From Thermoplasmatota archaeon (GTDB taxonomy: Archaea; Thermoplasmatota; Penumbrarchaeia; Penumbrarchaeales; Penumbrarchaeaceae): a DNA stretch of 25,422 bases. The notes below the pieces were generated by a model. That model was not told the origin of the DNA and searched no databases. It worked only from the letters and a program-made list of their open reading frames with translations. Position numbers and translations under genes: made by a program. The stretch spans positions 1-25,422 of the forward strand of contig JARVGK010000036.1 of the NCBI GenBank assembly GCA_029762535.1, written 5' to 3'. Positions 17,189 to 25,422 of the stretch are shown piece by piece. Numbering within the stretch: the stretch's first letter is position 1; each line of letters begins with the position of its first letter.

Positions 17189-17401
17189 TTGAACGAGAGG
17201 AAGATGCGTTCGCTCGTCAAATCGATAACCTATCGGATCATCTGCATTATGTCGCTTTCGATAGTCACCTACATCATCACGAGGGATCTCATGCAGATGG
17301 GGCTCATAGTCCTCATCTTCCAGACGATCCAGACGGTCCTCTATTATCTGCATGAACGCGTATGGAACAATGTCCGATGGGGATCCCGACCTCCTGCTTA
17401 A
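17189..17401 (+). CDS. DUF2061-like small membrane protein
   Basis: RSLVKSITYRI...YYLHERVW..VRWG pattern; GAGGAGG RBS; abuts the cysA stop. Confidence 0.8.
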   Translation: MNERKMRSLVKSITYRIICIMSLSIVTYIITRDLMQMGLIVLIFQTIQTVLYYLHERVWNNVRWGSRPPA

Positions 17402-17412
17402 GGTCCGGACCC

Positions 17413-20400
17413 TCACTCCTCGATGACAGGCTCTGTGGGATAGACCCTGAGATAAGGCCGCCTCCGCCTCAGGGCCATGAACATGACAAATATACTGAAG
17501 AACAAGATGACCGCAAGGGAGATCGCAAGATAAAGGGGCCATTTCGCCGGCGAAGGAGGATCCCTCTCGCGAACATCAACGCTCTCCCAAGGACCGGTAA
17601 CACCATAACCCTCGATCCCCACATAGAACACATACCTGCCCGCATCCTCGAAGGTTATATTGTGATACCTGCCAGGTGATGAATAGATCACAGATCCTTC
17701 GAACCTGACCTCAAGGACAAGGGAAAGAAAACCGGGATAATCATAATACCACACGTTCACGGCCACCGTGTCGCCCACCCGATGATCGGATGGCCAGGGA
17801 TCGAGATCGATCCGGATACCGATCCCCGTCAGGTTCAGACCCACTACGACCTCCATCTCATATGTGCCGGATGCACCGCCCACTACGGATACCGTGATGT
17901 TGAAAAAATATCTACCAGCATCCCCGATCACAGGTTCGAGGATCAATCGGCCTCCGCTAATGGAAGCCCATCCCGGGGCGGATACGAGAGAATAAGATAA
18001 TGTCCCGTTCTTCGCGTAATCAGTCAGGATCGAAATGACGATAAGATCGTTCTCACGGAGGTTGATGGACTTCTCGTTCAACAGAGCAGGGGGATCGCCC
18101 ATTCGTACATCGATGTGCAGCGAAATATCGATATGTTCGCCGCCGGGATCGAAGGCGCGCAGAACAAGAGAATGTATGCCTACATGATCATCCCTGGGAG
18201 AAAACCTCAGCATGTCATCCTCGATGGATATCCAGACATACTTGCTCTCCACTAAAGAGTAGGAGATCCTCTCCCCTTCGGGATCCGCAACGCCCGGATC
18301 GAACGTAAACACGTCCCCGCACTCGACCATCAGATCGATCCTCTCCGGTCCCGTAGGAGGTTGGTTCCGGACCATCACGTCAAGAGGAAATGAATAAAGG
18401 GCATAGGACCCGTTGTTATCCGATACATTGATGTCAACCCATTGACGGCCAACATCGGTACTTACCGGATTTATCAGAAGAAGACCCTCATCGTCTATGG
18501 AGCATAGGCCTTTGCCAGACCAGGACGCGTTGAAGGAGAACGTATTCTGGTTCGGATCGTAAACCGTTATGAGGTATTCGAAAGGCTCGCCCACATACGC
18601 CACGCTCGCGTTCACCTCCAATATCACGGGAGGGACGTTGAACGGTATGATCCTTATGAAGACCTCAATGAAGCTGACGGAACCGTTATTATCCGAGGCC
18701 GAGATAACGACGCTCCAGACACCAGTATGATCCGCCCGGGCACGGAAAAAGAGCATGTTCCCGTAAAGAACCGAGACGTTGAACGGGGCGTTCTTGCTGT
18801 GAACACCCAGCTCGACCGGATCCCCGTCCGGATCGAAATAGGTCAGGAAATACCTTGTGGGCTCATCCGGATACGCCACGATCTCCTCGACAGGATCTAT
18901 CACCGGATTCCGGTTCACTCCGATCCTGAACTCGGTCCAGTTACGGGTCCCGTTGTTGTCGTTCGCGGTGATGTTGAAGGTTGTGTATCCCTCGTACTCA
19001 TCGGTTCCAAGAAAAGAGAAGGCTCCAGTCAGGGGATCCAATTCGAAGAATACATCCCTCGATGCTTTTATCTCGAAGGTGGGAGTGTCACCGTCGGGAT
19101 CGTATGCCTCGAAGGTGATGTTCAGCCGCTCGCCGGAGTTGATCCTGTACAAATCCTGAACAGACCCTATCTGCACCCTCCTGTTCCAGGGTTGACCCCA
19201 TGGTACGATGAGGGGCAAGTGATCGATAGAATCGTGATCTATGATCACAGGATTATCCACGATCCCGTTCCCGTCCCAATCCGTGTAGTTCTCGATCCCT
19301 GTCCAGTAATTGCCCCAATCAGGATCGTTGAAGGAGTTGGATCCGTTATCGATCACATGGATCGAGTTGTCCATGAAGGAATTCTTGAATATTCTCGTCG
19401 TTTTCGTATCGTTCAGCTTCATCGCGATCCCGTTATCGATAAAGACGTTATCGTTGATCCTCGAATCCGAGGATCCCTCCATCCTCAATGCGATGTCGTT
19501 ATCCTCGAAAACATTCCCATAAATCCTTGTCCTGGTGGACTTTAAGTCAAATATTGAGCACATTGATCCTTGAAAAAATGTAGAATGTATTTGTAATTGA
19601 TCTGATTCTTTAGAATATACCCCCAATGAGATATTATCAAGTGATTGGTTCTTTATTATCATACCTTTTGTCTTGATTGTATGTATAGCATATGTAGAGT
19701 TTCTGATATGATTTCCATCCAATACCATCAAGATCCCCAATTCAATATGAAATCCATAGTTCACATTGGATACGATATTGTTATTGAAGTTTGACCTCCC
19801 ACGATAAAAATAAAATCCATAGTTCACTTCATTTATTGAGTTATTGAAAATATCTGCATATACTTCTCCTGTATGTCCTGCTACGTTCAGATCAATATGG
19901 AAAGCTGTATCGGCTCTAAAAATTGTATTGTTGTAGATCGATATATTACGATCCTTCCATAACGAGTCCGAATTTGGTCTTTTAAGGATGAAACCTGATC
20001 TTGCATCCATGATTTTATTGGATGAAAGTACTAATTGGGTGAAATATGTGATATCCACGCATATCTTTGATGAGATAATAATATTATTTTCAATCTCTAA
20101 AAAGTAATTTGAAATCCCAGCTATTGCCGTGTCAGATATATTATTGAATGTATTTCTAACTATTCTTGTACGATAAGTTGGTATTCCGTGAATACCGTAT
20201 GTACATGATATGAATGTATTGTTTGTAATATATACTTTATCTATGTATTTATTTTCTGTTGATATCTTACTTTTTCCGATCATTATTGCACTGTTAGAAA
20301 TATTTTCAAAATGTGAATTATTTATCCTGTGATTATAATATATTGAATTAATGATATTGTTGAACAGATGTATCCCATTATTAGAACAATTATGAAAATT

Positions 20401-20940
20401 CGAGGATTCTATTAATGTGTTATTGCATTGATTAATATGTATTCCTGTTACGATACCGTTCATAATAGTATCATACATGAAGAAATCATCGGATTCTACC
20501 ACTACACCGGATTGGGAAAAATCTCCGTAACCTGCATAATATATTTGGGAATGTAAGATTCTCAATAAAGAGCCATGTCTTGAAATAATATTATAATTAT
20601 AACCATTATTGTTAGAATAATTGCCTGTACTATTCAAAGTCAGGATCGAGTTGTTGAGGAGCAAAGATCCTCCGTTTTGAATTTCTATCTTTATGGATCC
20701 ATCGTATGTTGTGTTGAATATAACGGTTGCATTGTCGAAAATATAGAATTCTCCCTCACCTATCGTGATATTCTCGATGACGTAATACGTTCTCGAAGTG
20801 ATGTTGGTATAGTTGTAAGATGAGCTCTCAGCATTAGATCGGACTATAATATCAGGATCGGCTGATGATTGATCGGGAAATATCGATATCAAAAGAAGTA
20901 AAAACACCATCGATACCGAAGCCCGATGTTTATAAACCAT
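17413..20940 (-). CDS. Large surface glycoprotein/adhesin: parallel beta-helix (NosD/CASH-like), tandem cadherin/Ig-like repeats and a C-terminal anchor
   Basis: Signal peptide; N/I-rich beta-helix repeats ending GNYW...DHLPL; repeated DPDGD / ASDNNG / NxPP motifs; TM helix followed by RRRR; many N-x-S/T sequons. Confidence 0.88.
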   Translation of the reverse strand: MVYKHRASVSMVFLLLLISIFPDQSSADPDIIVRSNAESSSYNYTNITSRTYYVIENITIGEGEFYIFDNATVIFNTTYDGSIKIEIQNGGSLLLNNSILTLNSTGNYSNNNGYNYNIISRHGSLLRILHSQIYYAGYGDFSQSGVVVESDDFFMYDTIMNGIVTGIHINQCNNTLIESSNFHNCSNNGIHLFNNIINSIYYNHRINNSHFENISNSAIMIGKSKISTENKYIDKVYITNNTFISCTYGIHGIPTYRTRIVRNTFNNISDTAIAGISNYFLEIENNIIISSKICVDITYFTQLVLSSNKIMDARSGFILKRPNSDSLWKDRNISIYNNTIFRADTAFHIDLNVAGHTGEVYADIFNNSINEVNYGFYFYRGRSNFNNNIVSNVNYGFHIELGILMVLDGNHIRNSTYAIHTIKTKGMIIKNQSLDNISLGVYSKESDQLQIHSTFFQGSMCSIFDLKSTRTRIYGNVFEDNDIALRMEGSSDSRINDNVFIDNGIAMKLNDTKTTRIFKNSFMDNSIHVIDNGSNSFNDPDWGNYWTGIENYTDWDGNGIVDNPVIIDHDSIDHLPLIVPWGQPWNRRVQIGSVQDLYRINSGERLNITFEAYDPDGDTPTFEIKASRDVFFELDPLTGAFSFLGTDEYEGYTTFNITANDNNGTRNWTEFRIGVNRNPVIDPVEEIVAYPDEPTRYFLTYFDPDGDPVELGVHSKNAPFNVSVLYGNMLFFRARADHTGVWSVVISASDNNGSVSFIEVFIRIIPFNVPPVILEVNASVAYVGEPFEYLITVYDPNQNTFSFNASWSGKGLCSIDDEGLLLINPVSTDVGRQWVDINVSDNNGSYALYSFPLDVMVRNQPPTGPERIDLMVECGDVFTFDPGVADPEGERISYSLVESKYVWISIEDDMLRFSPRDDHVGIHSLVLRAFDPGGEHIDISLHIDVRMGDPPALLNEKSINLRENDLIVISILTDYAKNGTLSYSLVSAPGWASISGGRLILEPVIGDAGRYFFNITVSVVGGASGTYEMEVVVGLNLTGIGIRIDLDPWPSDHRVGDTVAVNVWYYDYPGFLSLVLEVRFEGSVIYSSPGRYHNITFEDAGRYVFYVGIEGYGVTGPWESVDVRERDPPSPAKWPLYLAISLAVILFFSIFVMFMALRRRRPYLRVYPTEPVIEE

Positions 20941-20970
20941 AATGATCCCTATATTATCACTCCGTTATAT

Positions 20971-22638
20971 CTATCTTGGCGATGGAAGGAGCCCCAACCG
21001 GATGCAGTCCTCGATGACATGCCACCAGTATAACCAATCCATTGGAGTATTGTGAAGCCGGATATCATAGATATTCTCCTTCACATAATCCGGAAAATAT
21101 ATAGCAATACCTCGGGTTTTGGTCAGATTCACACAATGCTTTTCGTATTCGATCAATCTGTTCGCTGGGTTCGAATTCCAAAGAACGCTCATGATCTGTC
21201 TTGCCGAGGTTCGAATGTTCGAAAAGAATTGATCGGGAACCGGAGGGTCCTGACTCTGATATCCCCAATAATTCAGGAAATAATAGTAATCGATTTGAAG
21301 TCTGGGATATGTCGTATCATCAGGATACCTATCCGAGGATACGTTGACAGCACACCACATCGAGGTGTTATACCATGATGATTGAGCTCCGCTCAGACCA
21401 CCCGATAGATTCTTGTTGAAGCTGGTGATATTGTCGAAAAGATCTTGTGTCATATGTGAAGCGTTCAGGACGGAATAGGTCATGCTTATGTTTCCGAACT
21501 GAGGGGTCCAATCAAGGACATTGAATGGAGGGTTCTCTATCCCATCGCTCGTCCAATATTCGAGATCATCTATGAACTCTTGTGCGAGCCTCTGTGGATC
21601 CCAATCCGGATTCGATTCAAGAGTTGAAAGAGTATCATCATCCTGGTTGCCAGATGAGACCATCCAATTCTCGGATGCGAGGTGATAATCAGAGAACTCG
21701 AGGAACTTGAATCCGAATTCCAGATTCCCCATGAAACAGCTGTACAGGTTGACCAGATCCAACCGTTTCTCTACCGAATCGAAGAGGGATGAGAGGGTAT
21801 TCATCTCAGGAAGCGTGATAACATCAAGTTCGGTCGTTGTGTTGTTATTGTTCGGTCTGTAATCGTAACCAAATCCTTCCACTCCCAATCCATGTGACCT
21901 GATGTATAGACAGTAATGATCGGATGGAAATGTGTCCATGCCCCAGTCCACGAATTCGAACAATGTATTCGGATCCGCCATGTTCGCCTCCCAGTTCGGG
22001 TTCCCGTTATCATCTGTCTCATTATGAACCCGGGGATCCCCCGATGGCCAATCGGTCACATCCCACAATGAGGATAGAATATCGTCTTTCATTCTGTCCC
22101 CACTTCCATTCCAGGTATCGGGATCCCATTGTTGAGCACTATCAGTTCCTACCAGGAACCTTCTAGTTGAAGTCGGTATTGGATCAACGATGAGGTGATT
22201 ATTCCTCATTTTATCCCAATGTCTGTCAGGGGTTTCCCCCCACAAAACATCGCTTCCATCGAATTGAACGACTATGTTGATGTTATCTGTACAACCAACC
22301 CAGCTCAATCTCTCAATGAACTCCCAGTATTCGAAGAGATTGCTTCCAGATGGATCTCCTGCTGGGGCATCATCTCCACATACATATACAAGAAATGTCC
22401 ATTCGATATCATTAGAATCAGGGCTTTCAGGATCCCAATTCAGGTTGAAGTCACGTTCGAACTCATCGGGCCTTCCATCGCCGTCTATGTCCAACTCGTT
22501 CTCGGATGCTTTTACCATATCGATAAATTCTATTACTTTGAATAAACCGATGGTAGAGGACACTATTAATATCGTCAATATGCCGATACAGATCATTTTC
22601 TTGATGATCAAATGAATGCTTCCCTTCTTTCCTATCAT
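20971..22638 (-). CDS. Secreted clostripain-family (C11) cysteine peptidase
   Basis: WTFLVYVCGD, NIVVQFDG, NMADPNTLFEFVDW, catalytic His in SHGLG and Cys in YSCFMG, ASE; N-terminal TM; alternative GTG start at 22647. Confidence 0.88.
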   Translation of the reverse strand: MIGKKGSIHLIIKKMICIGILTILIVSSTIGLFKVIEFIDMVKASENELDIDGDGRPDEFERDFNLNWDPESPDSNDIEWTFLVYVCGDDAPAGDPSGSNLFEYWEFIERLSWVGCTDNINIVVQFDGSDVLWGETPDRHWDKMRNNHLIVDPIPTSTRRFLVGTDSAQQWDPDTWNGSGDRMKDDILSSLWDVTDWPSGDPRVHNETDDNGNPNWEANMADPNTLFEFVDWGMDTFPSDHYCLYIRSHGLGVEGFGYDYRPNNNNTTTELDVITLPEMNTLSSLFDSVEKRLDLVNLYSCFMGNLEFGFKFLEFSDYHLASENWMVSSGNQDDDTLSTLESNPDWDPQRLAQEFIDDLEYWTSDGIENPPFNVLDWTPQFGNISMTYSVLNASHMTQDLFDNITSFNKNLSGGLSGAQSSWYNTSMWCAVNVSSDRYPDDTTYPRLQIDYYYFLNYWGYQSQDPPVPDQFFSNIRTSARQIMSVLWNSNPANRLIEYEKHCVNLTKTRGIAIYFPDYVKENIYDIRLHNTPMDWLYWWHVIEDCIRLGLLPSPR

Positions 22639-22790
22639 AGGCACCACTTCCTAATTAGACCGGATCGTATTTGACGGGATCGAATACATCCCCCCGGATG
22701 CACGCATTTCTTTGTTTTCGGCTCCGGTCAAGGGAATATAAGTCCAAATAATATATAAAACCACCGAAAAAAACCCCAAAAATAAATATA

Positions 22791-22815
22791 TATTATATTA
22801 TATTATATTATATTA
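22791..22815 (+). repeat. (TATTA)5 microsatellite within an AT-rich intergenic tract
   Basis: tattatattatattatattatatta read directly; flanking 22745-22845 is almost all A/T. Confidence 0.9.
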
Positions 22816-23021
22816 TAATAAATATAAAAACTATATAGAAAAAGAAGGAGGGGATCCCAACCCCCTGACTGGAACCATGAACATAATTAAACCCTCAAGA
22901 GATAGGATCTCGCGACATTGTATGAATATCACAGTCGGGGTTTTTCATAAAAGGGATCCCCCTCCAGGGGTGGGATCGCCTCTTCCACAACAGGTTAATT
23001 TTCATACCATCTATGAAAGCA

Positions 23022-23447
23022 TCAGATGGATCCAAGCAGTTCAACGGCTGCAGAGAGGTCCAATGACCCTTCGATTCCGGATAGGATTACCTTGTCCAAT
23101 GTTACCAACGGGGAGTCCTCAAGATACGCACCTGCAGCGTGGATCGCATCATAGAACGTCAGACCGTTCTTACGGGAGATTTCGATGGCAAACGTAAGCA
23201 GTTGGTCCCCGATCGGGATCATACGAAATCGAATGCCCATGAACATCTCCAGGTATCTGCTCGCATCAATATTCTCGCGCTTTGCAAATTGGACGATGCA
23301 GTTTCCGACCTCGCATCGTACCAGAGGCGATATGGCCAGATCCACCCCGTGCTTATGACAGAGGTCGAAAAAACCGAAAGCATTCTTCGTCTGTTCCTCC
23401 TCATGGATCAACGGGACGATAGCGGAGGAATCGAGTACGAACCTCAT
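23022..23447 (-). CDS. vapC: PIN-domain toxin
   Basis: FVLDSSA, CEVGN, LTFYDAIH, LVTLD: four acidic PIN motifs. Confidence 0.92.
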   Translation of the reverse strand: MRFVLDSSAIVPLIHEEEQTKNAFGFFDLCHKHGVDLAISPLVRCEVGNCIVQFAKRENIDASRYLEMFMGIRFRMIPIGDQLLTFAIEISRKNGLTFYDAIHAAGAYLEDSPLVTLDKVILSGIEGSLDLSAAVELLGSI

Positions 23448-23659
23448 CTAGAATCACGGTCCTCTCTGATGAGCTCCGTTCCGGTGATCCCCTTGCTCTT
23501 GAGCCTGTTATTGCGGAACCATCCTATCGACGGTCTTGACCGATCCATCCTCAATCGCGCCTCAAGTATCATCGCAAGATATTCAGAGGGTTTGTATCCC
23601 ATTCTCCTGATCTCATCGAGCGTTTCGTCATTGACCCGGATCGAAACAACCGTTGTCAC
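23444..23659 (-). CDS. vapB: VapB-type antitoxin (RHH-like)
   Basis: TTVVSIRVNDE N-terminus and ELIREDRDSR C-terminus; 4-nt overlap with vapC; start is GTG 23659 or ATG 23671. Confidence 0.82.
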   Translation of the reverse strand: MTTVVSIRVNDETLDEIRRMGYKPSEYLAMILEARLRMDRSRPSIGWFRNNRLKSKGITGTELIREDRDSR

Positions 23660-23678
23660 TGTATACACCATGTATACA
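23660..23678. promoter_or_regulatory. Putative vapBC autoregulatory operator
   Basis: Palindrome TGTATACA twice (23660-23667 and 23671-23678), between an AT-rich TATA-like element (~23691-23699) and the start. Confidence 0.65.
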
Positions 23679-23730
23679 ATGTCATTCAGGCTTATTTAGT
23701 TTACGTCCGATCCTCATGCAAAATAAGTCT

Positions 23731-24564
23731 TTAATCCGATCCCTCTCCCCACCTCAGGGCCCTGGCCCTCTTCATCTGTTCTCTGGCCTTGTCGGGGAGC
23801 CCTTTCCTTTCCAGAAGGGCGGCCATGGCCTCATGGAATTGGGGATCCTCCCTCCTGAAGGAGGAAGCCTTGCTGAGGGCCTCCTCGGCTTTTAAAAGGT
23901 CCAGATCGAGATATATTATTGCCCTCTCGAGCCAGTAATCGTAGGTCTTCTTTTTCCATTTCCCGTACATGGAATCTGAGACCCGCCTTGCGCTCTCGGG
24001 ATCGTCCAGGACCTTCCTGTATGTCCTCGACAGCATCGTGGACGCCTCCACGTCTCTGGATCCCACTCTGCCCTCCGCCTCTCGCATCGTTCCTTTCGCC
24101 TTATCGTCCACACCCAAGTCGTGATAGAGCTCCGCGAGGGAGCAGTACGCCTCGGGATCGGACCGATCCCCGGCGATGATCCCCCGGTACAGATCGACGG
24201 CCCTCTGGCTCCCGCCCTTGATCGTTCCCAATATCTGCGCCCTCTTCACCATTACCTTGTTGGAGGACCTGGGGTATCGCTCGACGTAGGTCCCCAGAAC
24301 CTCCTGGGCCCTCTCAAGCTCCCCGAGGATCTCCAGGTTCATTGATAGCAGCATCAATATCTCCTTGTTCTCCTCGTAGCCCACCGTCATCGGCTCGATC
24401 CTCTCCAGGACCTTCGTCGCCGAGGCGTAGTCCCCGGCATCTGAAAGACCTTTGGCATGCTTCAAAAGCTCGCTGACCTTCCCCTCCTGATTGGCCGTCA
24501 GTGCGACCTTCCGGGCCGCCTGGACCTTCATCAGGGCGGGTAGCAGGACGCATGAGATATCCAT
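23731..24564 (-). CDS. Tetratricopeptide-repeat protein
   Basis: Repeated helical TPR patterns (AYCSLAELYHDLG, FHEAMAALLERKG). Confidence 0.8.
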   Translation of the reverse strand: MDISCVLLPALMKVQAARKVALTANQEGKVSELLKHAKGLSDAGDYASATKVLERIEPMTVGYEENKEILMLLSMNLEILGELERAQEVLGTYVERYPRSSNKVMVKRAQILGTIKGGSQRAVDLYRGIIAGDRSDPEAYCSLAELYHDLGVDDKAKGTMREAEGRVGSRDVEASTMLSRTYRKVLDDPESARRVSDSMYGKWKKKTYDYWLERAIIYLDLDLLKAEEALSKASSFRREDPQFHEAMAALLERKGLPDKAREQMKRARALRWGEGSD

Positions 24565-24611
24565 CGTTATATGGATTACGAGTTGTTATATTAATGGTTC
24601 CGAACACATCT

Positions 24612-24911
24612 TTACAGGTTGTACTTGGGGGGCTTGCCCCTCAGGTCAACATAGTCGTCTATGAGGAAACGCCTCCTTTCATTAAGACGGTCCGGATCGG
24701 TGTCCGTGAACGTCCTGTAATATCTGGCCTCTCTGAGGGGGAACACGCCGTCCGGCAGATGCTCCTTGAGCATCAGCTTCAAGGGTCCAACGCCCACGTA
24801 CAACACCTCCCTTGAATCATCCAGCACCTCGTAGAGCGAGAGCTTCTCGCCCTCCAGCAGGACCTCCACGGTATCGAAGTTCTTGACGTCCTTCCCATGA
24901 CTCACCGGCAT
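24612..24911 (-). CDS. Small degenerate GIY-YIG-like protein
   Basis: SLYEVLDDSREVLYVG...EH...PPKYN; GAGGTG next to the start; the upstream extension in the ORF track is antisense to the ABC gene. Confidence 0.65.
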   Translation of the reverse strand: MPVSHGKDVKNFDTVEVLLEGEKLSLYEVLDDSREVLYVGVGPLKLMLKEHLPDGVFPLREARYYRTFTDTDPDRLNERRRFLIDDYVDLRGKPPKYNL

Positions 24912-25053
24912 CACCTCGGGGATGATGCGATAACGATCCTTTGTCGCGAATATAAGGGCCCTTCCGAGATTTCCCGCGGATGTCCCATCATAAACCGACG
25001 AGGGAAAAAATTCATTAGGCCCTTGTTTCTGAGGTGAACGGATAGGAGTTACG

Positions 25054-25422
25054 ATGTCGATCGATGGTCCAGTGATCAAGGTGATGGATCTCACAAAGAG
25101 ATACGGCAAGGTCTCGGCGGTGGCCGGGATCGATCTCTCGGTCGATAGAGGAGAGGTGTTCGCTTTCCTGGGTCCCAACGGGGCGGGAAAGACCACCACT
25201 GTTGAGATCATCGAGGGGATAAGGAAGCCCACCAGCGGCTCGGTGGAGGTCCTGGGCAGGGACATGCAGAGAAATGGCCCCGAGATCAAACCCCGGATCG
25301 GTGTGCTGCCCCAGGAGTTCTCATCCTTCGACAAGATCACGGTGAAGGAGACACTGTCGTTCTATTCGAGCCTTTATAAAAATGGAAGGAGGCCGGACGA
25401 GCTGATGGAGCTCCTTGGAATA
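25054..25422 (+). CDS. ABC-2-type transporter ATP-binding protein (3' truncated)
   Basis: MSIDGPVIKVMDLTKRYG...GEVFAFLGPNGAGKTT...IGVLPQE; AGGAG RBS. Confidence 0.92.
   Translation, partial: MSIDGPVIKVMDLTKRYGKVSAVAGIDLSVDRGEVFAFLGPNGAGKTTTVEIIEGIRKPTSGSVEVLGRDMQRNGPEIKPRIGVLPQEFSSFDKITVKETLSFYSSLYKNGRRPDELMELLGI

Noticed and set aside
19540-20640. Diversity-generating retroelement target
   Set aside because: No reverse transcriptase or template/variable repeat pair is seen, and the segment is A/T-enriched rather than adenine-depleted.
22877-23197. 106-aa plus-strand ORF
   Set aside because: It overlaps vapC antisense and has no recognisable motif.
17413-23700. Integrated mobile element or provirus
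   Set aside because: No integrase, transposase, tRNA or flanking direct repeats were found.
1-25422. tRNA, rRNA, CRISPR array or selenocysteine recoding
   Set aside because: None were recognised by eye. The redoxin CxxS uses a Ser codon, not TGA. A covariance-model scan would be needed to exclude small RNAs.

Overview
This looks like archaeal DNA, probably Thermoplasmatota. That is inferred from TATA-box/leaderless starts, GGTG/GAGGTG ribosome-binding sites, an SGCLG lipobox and the surface-protein types. The window has three main blocks. (1) An operon at 2273-4904 encodes a mono-cysteine redoxin, a CcdA/DsbD-like membrane protein and a complete NifB radical-SAM maturase, with no nitrogenase genes in the window. 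An NYN-LOTUS-cold-shock RNase follows it. (2) An ~11 kb sulfate uptake, activation and sulfation locus (6755-17401) encodes an AlkP-superfamily hydrolase, a sulfotransferase, CysC, a DHH phosphoesterase, Sat, a USP, a DASS transporter, an Sbp/CysT/CysA ABC importer and a DUF2061-like protein. It has no APS/PAPS reductase. Its core operon is bracketed by two paralogous ribbon-helix-helix (RHH) proteins ending in an acidic RLRALGYL[ED] tail, and a shared 16-bp palindrome sits at both promoters. (3) A lower-GC surface-protein block encodes a clostripain-family protease and a 1175-aa beta-helix/Ig adhesin with an in-frame AT-rich mosaic segment, preceded by a (TATTA)5 tract. After it come vapBC, a TPR protein, a degenerate GIY-YIG protein and a partial ABC ATPase. 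GATC-centred palindromes are strongly over-represented throughout. All calls are from motif recognition by eye; no searches were run.
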